The notes under the pieces were generated by a model. It ran no database searches. It saw only the letters and a program-made list of their open reading frames with translations, and was not told the DNA's origin. A stretch of 64,000 nt of DNA from an uncultured Candidatus Saccharibacteria bacterium. GTDB lineage: Bacteria; Patescibacteriota; UBA1384; DTJR01. The stretch's first letter is position 1. Each line of letters begins with the position of its first letter. Positions 56,110-64,000 of the stretch are shown in pieces. The stretch covers positions 72,983 to 136,982 of the forward strand of contig CAZAOT010000003.1 of the NCBI GenBank assembly GCA_964487045.1, in the 5' to 3' direction. A program made the position numbers and the translations under genes.

Positions 56110-59100
56110 GTGGCATTTACTTCTTGTATTTCTGTTTCTCAAGCCGCAGCCGATGAAGATATAACAATTTCTTCAAATACTACCTGGGTTGCTGGGACAT
56201 ATACTTATAGAGATATCACTGTCACCAACAATGCAACATTAACTCTAGGTGGAACTTATACAACCGATACCAACGGTACGGGTGTAATTATTAATGCTAG
56301 GAGCGTTACTGTAAATTCAGGCTCTACAATCTCCGCTACCGGTCAGGGTTATGCTGCTAATGCTGGAATTGGTAAGGGAACGAATGTTAGTGCTTATGGC
56401 GGCGGCGGCAGCCACGCTAACAATGGTGGAAATCATGCTATTGGCTCTGGTGGTGGTACTACTTTATACGGCTCAACAACTGCTCCGACAACACTCGGCT
56501 CTGGCGGCGGAAATGGAGGAGCAGGTGGAGGGGCGATTCAGCTTAATTTATCTGGAAATTTATCTCTTGCTGGGAATATATACGCAAAAGGAAATAATGG
56601 TGGCACTAATACTGGTTCAGGTGCTGGCGGTTCAATTTATATAAGCGCTGTCGATTTATCTGGCGCTGGAAATATTAGTGTTAATGGGGGTAGCTCAGGA
56701 TCAGGTGGCGGCGGCGGTAGCGGCGGAAGAATTATGATTTATCACACAGGAACAAATTCTTTAACTGATGGTAACATTACAGCCGCTGGCGGAACTGGTT
56801 ACGCATCTGGCGGAGTTGGTTCTAAGCTGATCTATAACAAGACAACTAAAGACGTAACAATTGCTTCTGATATTACAATCGATTCGACAATGGGAATTGA
56901 TGAAAATGGAGACCCATCAACAGACGGAATATTTCACTTTAATGATTTAACTATTAATAATAATGCAAACCTATATTCAAAAGCTTATTACACTACTGAC
57001 ACAAACGGAACAGGTATTGAGCTAAGTTTGACTGGCGACTTGAATGTTGCCTCTGGGGCAAAAATTAATGGTATCGGTAAGGGTTATGCCTATCAGGCAG
57101 GGGACGGAAAGCCTACTGGAGTAAGCAATACTTATGGCGGAGGTGGAGCTCACGGGGGTAATGGTGGACGTGGCGATCCTGCTGGAAGCGGCGGAACAAA
57201 ATACGATTCAACCCTTTTTCCTGTAAAACCTGGGAGTGGAGGTTACACTACTCGTGGAGGTGCAGGAGGAAGTGCAGTTAAGATCACGGCAAGTGCGATA
57301 ACGGTAGATGGCTCGATCGACCAATCTGGCGCGGTTGTTGTGGCGAATGCTTCAAATAACGGTGGTGGTGGTGCTGGTGGATCGGTATATGTTGTTGCTG
57401 ACTCGCTTTCTGGTGCTGGTACGATCAAAGCTGATGGGACAAATGGTTATGGATATAGTGGCGGTGGCGGTGGAGGAAGGATTGCGATTTATGCTGACAC
57501 TTCCGGATTTAATACTAACAATATAACTGCAGCCAAGGGTATCAAGGGTGGATCTGGTCTTTCTGCTGATGGAGATGTCGGGACTATCTTTTTATACGAT
57601 ACTGCATCCGGAAATGTTTCAGCTTCAAGCGATGTAACTTTTAATGCGGATCAAGGTGTGAGTCGTGATGGTTCAGCTAGAACTGACGGAGTTTTTTATT
57701 TTAATAATTTGACTGTTACGAATAATGCTACTGTGACAATTGGTGGTTACTATACCGATGACACTAATGGTCGCGGAGTAACTATAAATCTCGATGGAAG
57801 CTTAACGATAGATTCTGGATCAACTGTAACAGCAAGCGGACAGGGATACACGGCTGGAGCTGGTCCGGGCAAGGGTTCGGGAGGTTCTTCTACTTCTGGA
57901 TCAGGTGGTAGCTATGGAGGTGTCGGCGGCCAGTCGTACAACAACAACTTAGCCCCAGCGGTTTACGGTACCACCGAAGCTAATTTTCCTTATAAACTTG
58001 GTTCAAGTGGCGGCGCTGGTGATCAGGTCACGGGCCCTGCAGGCGGAGGGGCGGTGACATTCCGTGTTCTGGGAAATATTGTAAATAACGGAACTATTTC
58101 TGCTGACGGCTCAGTTGCTAAGGCCAGTCCAATTCCGGGTTGGTACACTGGGGGTGGATCTGGAGGAAGCGTCTTTCTTGTTTGTAACACCCTATCTGGC
58201 AGTGGAACGATAACCGCTAAAGGTGGCAATGGTGCAGGAACTGATTATGGATCTGGTGGCGGTGGAGGAGGAAGAATATCAGTTGTTTATTCAACTAGTC
58301 AAAATATCGCACTAGGAAACTTCTCAGCATCAGGCGGCACTGGCGGTGGCGGAGTATCTAACCGAAATGGAGCAGAAGGATCTGTTAACATTACGCAGAA
58401 AGTGTTGCCTGCCGCTGAATTTACTTTAAAAAATCCTAATAATGATTCAACCCAATTCACTAACACAGAGAACGTAGAAATTGTGCCGACTGATGAGACT
58501 GTCGAAAAATATAAGGAAGCCGCGTCAGTAAATGAATTAGTCCCTGCGTTTTACGCCGACGGTTGGGCAAATATCACGGATGGTAAGGATGTTGGAGCTT
58601 CAGAGGGGGCAAAAACTGTTAGAGCATGGTTTAAAGATTCAAATGAATTAATCTCGAGCTCTGTGGGAAGCGCTACAATTACGCTTGATAAAACTCAACC
58701 AGATATTACGATCTCAAATAATAATCAGTCAGTTTCAAATGCTTCAACTACAGTTCAGCTTGATTTATCCGATAATACTTCCGGAATAGATTACCTATTG
58801 ATCAATGGTCAAAGAGTTGAGGTTAGTGCTCTATCCATTGTTTCCAGGGTTCAACCCTCAAGTATAAAAGCCTATGCTGATAATATTACTTACGAGGCAA
58901 CCGTCTCTCTTGCTGAAGGAGAAAATTCAATTCCAATTGTTGTATATGATAAAGCTGGCAATTCTACTCAAACTACATTTATCGCGACAAGGACGACCCC
59001 AGTTGTCCCTTCGCCTACGCCAACTCCAGTTAACTCCAGCTTGCCTTCTAGCTCGGCTACCTCGACAGCATCTTCATCCGGTGAATCTTCATCAAGCGTA

Positions 59101-59367
59101 ACTGCCAGTGGCTCATCTACAGATTCGTCTGAAACCACAGAAGCTGAAGCTGGTGAAGGACTTATGTCATCTTTAGCCGAAAACATACAATCAGCGACAG
59201 AAAAAATTGCTGATGCCCTCAACCCATTTTCAAATAAATCTAGCATTGATGAGTCTGAAAATTCTGGATTGGAAAAATCTCCTTATTCTTCTCTAAAAAT
59301 CATTATTCTCATCATTCTTATGTTAACTGTTATCTTTAGCTACTTTGTCTTGAAGAATAAAAAGTAG
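56110..59367 (+). CDS. 1085-aa Gly-rich surface protein: N-terminal signal, three ~210-aa beta-helix-like tandem repeats, S/T-rich stalk, C-terminal TM anchor
   Basis: Repeats start at ~res 15, 250 and 495 (…TNNATLTLGGTYTTDTNGTGV… pattern); C-terminus LKIIILIILMLTVIFSYFVLKNKK. Confidence 0.55.
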   Translation: MAFTSCISVSQAAADEDITISSNTTWVAGTYTYRDITVTNNATLTLGGTYTTDTNGTGVIINARSVTVNSGSTISATGQGYAANAGIGKGTNVSAYGGGGSHANNGGNHAIGSGGGTTLYGSTTAPTTLGSGGGNGGAGGGAIQLNLSGNLSLAGNIYAKGNNGGTNTGSGAGGSIYISAVDLSGAGNISVNGGSSGSGGGGGSGGRIMIYHTGTNSLTDGNITAAGGTGYASGGVGSKLIYNKTTKDVTIASDITIDSTMGIDENGDPSTDGIFHFNDLTINNNANLYSKAYYTTDTNGTGIELSLTGDLNVASGAKINGIGKGYAYQAGDGKPTGVSNTYGGGGAHGGNGGRGDPAGSGGTKYDSTLFPVKPGSGGYTTRGGAGGSAVKITASAITVDGSIDQSGAVVVANASNNGGGGAGGSVYVVADSLSGAGTIKADGTNGYGYSGGGGGGRIAIYADTSGFNTNNITAAKGIKGGSGLSADGDVGTIFLYDTASGNVSASSDVTFNADQGVSRDGSARTDGVFYFNNLTVTNNATVTIGGYYTDDTNGRGVTINLDGSLTIDSGSTVTASGQGYTAGAGPGKGSGGSSTSGSGGSYGGVGGQSYNNNLAPAVYGTTEANFPYKLGSSGGAGDQVTGPAGGGAVTFRVLGNIVNNGTISADGSVAKASPIPGWYTGGGSGGSVFLVCNTLSGSGTITAKGGNGAGTDYGSGGGGGGRISVVYSTSQNIALGNFSASGGTGGGGVSNRNGAEGSVNITQKVLPAAEFTLKNPNNDSTQFTNTENVEIVPTDETVEKYKEAASVNELVPAFYADGWANITDGKDVGASEGAKTVRAWFKDSNELISSSVGSATITLDKTQPDITISNNNQSVSNASTTVQLDLSDNTSGIDYLLINGQRVEVSALSIVSRVQPSSIKAYADNITYEATVSLAEGENSIPIVVYDKAGNSTQTTFIATRTTPVVPSPTPTPVNSSLPSSSATSTASSSGESSSSVTASGSSTDSSETTEAEAGEGLMSSLAENIQSATEKIADALNPFSNKSSIDESENSGLEKSPYSSLKIIILIILMLTVIFSYFVLKNKK

Positions 59368-59431
59368 TTTTTCTTATTTATTTTACGCAATAATCTGCTA
59401 AAATTATATTTCTAATTGTTTAGGAGAATAT

Positions 59432-60631
59432 ATGGAAATATTAAGAAACATGTGGCGAAGAAAATTCAGAACACTTTTGACGATTTTCGGGATTGTTATA
59501 GGAATTTTTGCTTTTACGGTGATGGGATCGATGGCGCTCAAGCTAAACAAAATGATAGATGGTGGAAAAAAATACGTAACCGGGCAGATTACCATTTCTC
59601 CTAAGGGTTCCGCTGGATATGGCGCTGCAACAGGAACACTGCCAATAGATACTATTAACAAAATTTCTCAAATAGATGGTGTGGATAAAATTGCTCCAAT
59701 GGCTTCCCTGTTGGTAGAAGAGCCAGACTTAGACAATCCGTCGATGAATTTTGGTGAGCCACCAACTATTTATGGTGAGGATCTTGAGTCTGGGTTTAAA
59801 AATCGCAACTGGGCGAATATGTCAATGAAATCTGGAAAGATGCTTGATAATAGTTCATCTGACAATGAGATTGCGATTGGGATAACTATCGCAACTGACA
59901 AAAAGCTTAATGTGGGTGATTCATATACAATCAGAGGCCGTGAATTTAAAGTAATCGGAATTGTGGATAAGACCATGACGGGTCCAGATAGTTATGTATT
60001 TATGAATATAACTCCTGCCAGGGAAATGCTGATTGAGTCAAGCCCATTTATGAAATCTCTTTACCAGGGCGGAAGGCTAAAGATGGAAGATGTTAACTCG
60101 ATGGCGGGTGTTTCTTGGAAGGACGGTTATGACTCCGAAAAGGTAGCCAATGACATAAAGGATCAGTTTGGTAAGGACGTAAGTGTTATGTCGCCGGTTA
60201 AAATGGGTGAAATGATAGATAAAGCATCTAGCACAATGAATGCAATTATACTTGGGTCAGCAATGCTGGCACTTATAGTTGGGCTTTTCTCGATCGTCAA
60301 CACGATGGTAATGAGTATTTCAGAAAGAACTAAGGAAATTGGTATCAAGAAAGCGATGGGTGCTTCACCTGCTTCGATTGCCTGGGAATATACGATGGAG
60401 GCCGGAGTTATAGGTTTAGTTGGAGGAGCGATCGGCATGGGCTTCGGAGTACTGGCTGCGACACTAGTTAATAATAAAATGGCTGAAAAAGGCGCAGAGA
60501 TATTTCTACTCGAGTCAAACTTTCTAATCGCTGTTGTAGCATTTTCGTTCGTGATAGGAATAATCGCAGGTGTGATTCCAGCAATAAGAGCTTCTCGGTT
60601 AAAGGTTGTAGAAGCAATTAGAGAACTCTAA
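59432..60631 (+). CDS. MacB/FtsX-type ABC transporter permease with large extracytoplasmic domain
   Basis: TM1, ~230-aa periplasmic segment, three C-terminal TMs, FtsX-like motifs. Confidence 0.65.
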   Translation: MEILRNMWRRKFRTLLTIFGIVIGIFAFTVMGSMALKLNKMIDGGKKYVTGQITISPKGSAGYGAATGTLPIDTINKISQIDGVDKIAPMASLLVEEPDLDNPSMNFGEPPTIYGEDLESGFKNRNWANMSMKSGKMLDNSSSDNEIAIGITIATDKKLNVGDSYTIRGREFKVIGIVDKTMTGPDSYVFMNITPAREMLIESSPFMKSLYQGGRLKMEDVNSMAGVSWKDGYDSEKVANDIKDQFGKDVSVMSPVKMGEMIDKASSTMNAIILGSAMLALIVGLFSIVNTMVMSISERTKEIGIKKAMGASPASIAWEYTMEAGVIGLVGGAIGMGFGVLAATLVNNKMAEKGAEIFLLESNFLIAVVAFSFVIGIIAGVIPAIRASRLKVVEAIREL

Positions 60632-60643
60632 ATAAGGAATATT

Positions 60644-61327
60644 ATGAATAAAATAATTGTTCAAGCAAAAAAGATTGAAAAGACCTACAAGATGTCTAAA
60701 AAGAATATCGTTAAGGCCCTTGATGGGGTTGACCTGGAAGTTTTAGAAGGAGATTTTTCGGCAATAATTGGTCCTTCTGGCTGTGGCAAGTCAACATTGA
60801 TGCATATCCTAGGACTCCTCGATCGACCCGACTCTGGTTCTCTGATTATCGACGGAGTTGATATGACTAAGCTACCAGAGAAAAAAGCTTATAAAATGAG
60901 AGCTAAAAAAATAGGATTTATTTTTCAAGGATTTAATCTTATCCCTACTCTGACAGCTCTTGAAAATGTTGTCTTGGCCGGAAGATATGGTGGTCTGAGA
61001 AAACGAGAAAGAACTAGCCGAGCCAAGGAGCTTTTAAAGATGCTGGGCTTAGAAGGTAGAATGAACCATAAGCCCAATGAGCTTTCAGGTGGGCAGCAAC
61101 AGAGAGTAGCTATTGCTAGGGCGCTTATGAATGACCCTGCTATTATTCTGGCTGATGAGCCTACAGGCGAACTTGATACCAAGACGTCGTTAGAGATTAT
61201 GGATATTCTAAAAAAATTAAATAAAGAAAAAAATAAGACATTCGTGATTGTTACTCACAATATGGAAGTAGCTGAATCTTGCAAAAAAATCATACGCTTG
61301 AGGGACGGCAAGAACGTCAGCAAATAA
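60644..61327 (+). CDS. ABC transporter ATP-binding protein (MacB/LolD-like)
   Basis: GPSGCGKST, LSGGQQQRVAIARAL, ILADEPTG. Confidence 0.8.
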   Translation: MNKIIVQAKKIEKTYKMSKKNIVKALDGVDLEVLEGDFSAIIGPSGCGKSTLMHILGLLDRPDSGSLIIDGVDMTKLPEKKAYKMRAKKIGFIFQGFNLIPTLTALENVVLAGRYGGLRKRERTSRAKELLKMLGLEGRMNHKPNELSGGQQQRVAIARALMNDPAIILADEPTGELDTKTSLEIMDILKKLNKEKNKTFVIVTHNMEVAESCKKIIRLRDGKNVSK

Positions 61328-61338
61328 GGAAGAATAAT

Positions 61339-61686
61339 ATGATCGACCTACATAGTGCGATCCTCTACTCAAAAGATATAAAAAAGATAGTAGATTTCTA
61401 TCAAAATAAACTAGGTCTAGAGTTAGAATATAACGAAAATGATTATTTCGTGTCATTTATTTTTCCATCAGGCGGAAGGTTGGGCATTAGGCAGGAAAAG
61501 GGCGAGCGAGAAAAGGCTGGACACCAAACGGTCTTTTTGAGAGTTGAAAATATCGATGATTACTATAAAAAGATATCCCAAAGTGGGGAATACAATATCT
61601 ATCGTAAATTAGAAAAACATTCTTGGGGCAAAGCTTTCGCAATCCTTGATCCAGATCATAACAAAGTCGAATTTATCGAAAAATGA
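61339..61686 (+). CDS. VOC/glyoxalase-family protein
   Basis: Size and N-terminal beta-alpha-beta pattern; weak. Confidence 0.4.
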   Translation: MIDLHSAILYSKDIKKIVDFYQNKLGLELEYNENDYFVSFIFPSGGRLGIRQEKGEREKAGHQTVFLRVENIDDYYKKISQSGEYNIYRKLEKHSWGKAFAILDPDHNKVEFIEK

Positions 61687-62501
61687 GAAAAATTTATAAT
61701 AAGCTCATTAGAGATAATATTCCTGAGATTATTGCATCAAATGGCTCTACCCCAAAAATCCACAAGCTCAAGAAGTCGGAGTTTATCAGTGCACTCAAAC
61801 TAAAGCTTAGAGAAGAAGTGGATGAGCTTTTAGAGGCTAAGGGTGCTAATGAGATTATGAATGAGCTTACTGATATTTCAGAGGTTCTTGATACTATCCT
61901 AAAACTTAACAACATTTCTAAAAATAAATTGTACGGCGAGCAAAAACGAAAGAATGCGAAGCGGGGTGCTTTTGGCAAGCGTTTATTTTTAGAGTATGTA
62001 GATGAAGAAGAGGATATAGAAATTATCGATGTTATTGATAAAAACGACGAAGTTATTAAGAGTGTGCCTACAAATGAAATATATAAAAATAAATTATCTC
62101 ATCGGATCGTGCATGTGTTGATTTTTGATGAAAAGGATAGGCTAGCCTGCCAGGTCAGGTCTAAAGATAAGAGTTTCTGCCCAGGATGTATTTCTACATC
62201 AGTTGGTGGACACGTCCAGTCAGGAGAGTTACCCGAAGACGCCGCAAAAAGAGAAATGAAAGAAGAAATTGGTAAGTCGGGGAAACTTGAATTTATGTTT
62301 TCCGAGTGGTTCGAAGGAAGGGGCATAAAAAAGCTTCTTTATGTTTTTAGATCGAAAGTGAAGCCGCCCTTCAAATTAAATCCTAGAGAGGTTGAGTCGA
62401 TGAAACATCTATCTTATGATGAGATAGGCAAATTTAAAAATACAAAGATTCACCCGGAATTAAAATTTATTATTAATTTTTTAAAAGATGCCAAAAGTTA
62501 G
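61683..62501 (+). CDS. Fusion of a MazG-like nucleotide pyrophosphohydrolase domain with a NUDIX domain
   Basis: N-terminal EEVDELLEA..E.TDISEVL; C-terminal Nudix box GGHVQSGELPEDAAKREMKEEIG. Confidence 0.5.
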   Translation: MRKIYNKLIRDNIPEIIASNGSTPKIHKLKKSEFISALKLKLREEVDELLEAKGANEIMNELTDISEVLDTILKLNNISKNKLYGEQKRKNAKRGAFGKRLFLEYVDEEEDIEIIDVIDKNDEVIKSVPTNEIYKNKLSHRIVHVLIFDEKDRLACQVRSKDKSFCPGCISTSVGGHVQSGELPEDAAKREMKEEIGKSGKLEFMFSEWFEGRGIKKLLYVFRSKVKPPFKLNPREVESMKHLSYDEIGKFKNTKIHPELKFIINFLKDAKS

Positions 62502-62910
62502 AATATGCTCAGCTTGTCTGCTTGGCGTGAATTGCCGATATAATGGTAAGTGCAAGCCTTGCGAAAAAGTGATTGGTCTGGCAAAAAAAGAAATCTTGAT
62601 TCCTGTCTGTCCGGAAATACTAGGAGGTCAACCAACTCCCAGGCCTAATGCTGAGATTAAGGACGGGAAAGATAAAGTGTTTGAGCCAGATGGAACTGAT
62701 GTAACTGAGTTTTTTGAAAAAGGAGCTGAGGAAGTTTTGAAGATAGCAAAGCTGTATAATCGCTGTGAAGCAATCTTAAAACAACGCAGCCCTTCGTGCG
62801 GATCGGGCCAATTGAAGCAGATGGATGGTTCGATAATTAAAGGAGATGGAATTACTACGAGACTGCTTAAAAAGAATGGGATAAAAGTAATTTCCGAGGA
62901 AGATTTATGA
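62488..62910 (+). CDS. DUF523-family protein
   Basis: RICSACLLGVNCRYNGK N-terminus. Confidence 0.45.
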   Translation: MPKVRICSACLLGVNCRYNGKCKPCEKVIGLAKKEILIPVCPEILGGQPTPRPNAEIKDGKDKVFEPDGTDVTEFFEKGAEEVLKIAKLYNRCEAILKQRSPSCGSGQLKQMDGSIIKGDGITTRLLKKNGIKVISEEDL

Positions 62911-63425
62911 AATTAATTTGCGAAATAACCAATAAGGAGGTTGGTGAGGTGAGTGAAGTTTCAAATAAACCTTGTCTTGATCGTCACGCGGCTAGGGCGA
63001 TACTTATAGATGAAGATAAGAAAGTTGCGATAATCGAAGCTAAAAATATTAAAATTCATAAAATTTTAGGCGGTGGAATAGAAGAGGGTGAGGACATTGA
63101 GCTAGCTTTAGAGCGTGAAATTATGGAAGAGTCAGGTTGTAAGGGCGAAGTTTTCGAAGAGGTGGGAACGATAATTGAGCATCGCACAAACAGAAACTTC
63201 AAACAAACCAATTATTGTTATCTTGCAAAATTAGTTGGTGAAAAAGGAACCCCGACATTCACCGATAAAGAAATTGAAGAAGGTTTTAAATTAGTTTGGA
63301 TTGATTTAGATGATGCCATTAAGCGTTTTGAGATGGATGATCCCGACCAGTATTCGGCTAAATTTCAGGGTTACCGCGACCGTATTTTTTTGCAGACAGC
63401 TAAGGAAATATTGGAAAAGCAATAA
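62907..63425 (+). CDS. NUDIX hydrolase
   Basis: GGGIEEGEDIELALEREIMEESG Nudix box. Confidence 0.6.
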   Translation: MKLICEITNKEVGEVSEVSNKPCLDRHAARAILIDEDKKVAIIEAKNIKIHKILGGGIEEGEDIELALEREIMEESGCKGEVFEEVGTIIEHRTNRNFKQTNYCYLAKLVGEKGTPTFTDKEIEEGFKLVWIDLDDAIKRFEMDDPDQYSAKFQGYRDRIFLQTAKEILEKQ

Positions 63426-64000
63426 TGAAGCTGATTATCGTTCGTCATGGTGAGACGCCGGATAATATAAATGATATTTCTCAAGGTCAAAGAGATACTA
63501 TTTTGACCGAAGAGGGGAGAAGACAGGCTGTAAAGCTTGGCGAAAGACTAAAAAATGAAAAAATTGATTTCATCTATTCGAGTGATCTTACTAGGACAAA
63601 ACAGACTCTTCAGGAAATTTTAAAATATCACGACTCCCCTGTTGTTTATGATCAGCTTCTTAGGGAGAGAGCAAATGGTCATTACGAAGGAGGGTCGCGA
63701 AAAATTTTTATTAAAGAAAGAGAAAATAGCGGAATGTCTAAACTCGAGTTTAAATCCCCTTCTGGTGAAAGTGTAAATGACATGCTTGAGAGGATAAAAA
63801 TATTTTGGCAGAGATTAGAAAAAGATCATAAGCAAGGAGAGTCGATACTTATCTGCTCGCATGCGCTTTGGATTAATACTTTTCTAGCTTTTATATTTGA
63901 TAAGGTTAGCGAAGAAGAGATTTTCAAACCCATTTCAAATTGTTCAGTTTCTATTGTAGAAGTATCGGGAAGTCCAAAATCGATTCTTTCTAATTGCGTA
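63425..64000 (+). CDS. Histidine phosphatase (phosphoglycerate-mutase family), 3'-truncated by the window end
   Basis: LIIVRHGET N-terminus. Confidence 0.6.
   Translation, partial: MKLIIVRHGETPDNINDISQGQRDTILTEEGRRQAVKLGERLKNEKIDFIYSSDLTRTKQTLQEILKYHDSPVVYDQLLRERANGHYEGGSRKIFIKERENSGMSKLEFKSPSGESVNDMLERIKIFWQRLEKDHKQGESILICSHALWINTFLAFIFDKVSEEEIFKPISNCSVSIVEVSGSPKSILSNCV

Noticed and set aside
1-64000. CRISPR arrays, rRNA genes, transposases, integrases, reverse transcriptases
   Set aside because: No regularly spaced direct repeats were found. There are no rRNA-like conserved stretches and no ORFs with recombinase or RT motifs.

Overview
This 64 kb window comes from an AT-rich bacterial genome with about 35-40% GC by eye. 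Small genes, many unannotatable membrane or secreted proteins, comEC/comEA and a reduced gene repertoire suggest a CPR/Patescibacteria-like organism, but that is inference only. The backbone carries recognisable housekeeping genes. These include deoC, typA/bipA, the grpE-dnaK-J chaperone locus with an embedded PspC/DUF4097 envelope-stress pair, comEC (split into two ORFs), yebC-ruvC, ruvA-recG-comEA, and a large sugar-nucleotide/glycosyltransferase locus (galT, 3 GTs, manC, a phosphohexomutase-like gene, an epimerase, HAD and DUF218 genes). That locus is followed by two tandem Thr/Ser-rich secreted paralogs and a GT-C-like polytopic membrane protein. Further on are a 1085-aa Gly-rich beta-helix-like surface protein next to a MacB/FtsX-type ABC pair, and a NUDIX/MazG cluster. 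One tRNA-Lys(UUU) is present. No rRNA, CRISPR array, transposase or integrase was found. Two observations stand out. (1) The first 33 kb is a compositional mosaic. At least nine gene-sized blocks that look about 60-65% GC sit in the AT-rich backbone. Each is one small transcription unit with a near-consensus TTGACA-N17-TATAAT-type promoter in AT-rich DNA, an AAGGAGG-type SD and a GC-rich hairpin terminator. They encode a dGTPase-like HD phosphohydrolase, an orphan CheY receiver, zinc-ribbon and small membrane proteins, a Gly/Cys-rich secreted peptide, and a 3-gene operon of unknown function. (2) A ~68-bp structured repeat sits precisely inside the 5' coding region of two divergently oriented essential genes, deoC and typA. 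It lies exactly after codon ~12-14 and is flanked by 12-13 bp direct repeats exactly 140 bp apart in both cases. Each insertion carries a replacement SD+ATGAAT start and N-terminal codons. This leaves an orphan in-frame 5' gene fragment fused to a conserved element-encoded peptide; the deoC one is translationally coupled to deoC by TAATG. The two copies are inverted and bracket a 7 kb island that contains several of the foreign cassettes. Coordinates are read from the sequence by eye and may be off by a few bases.
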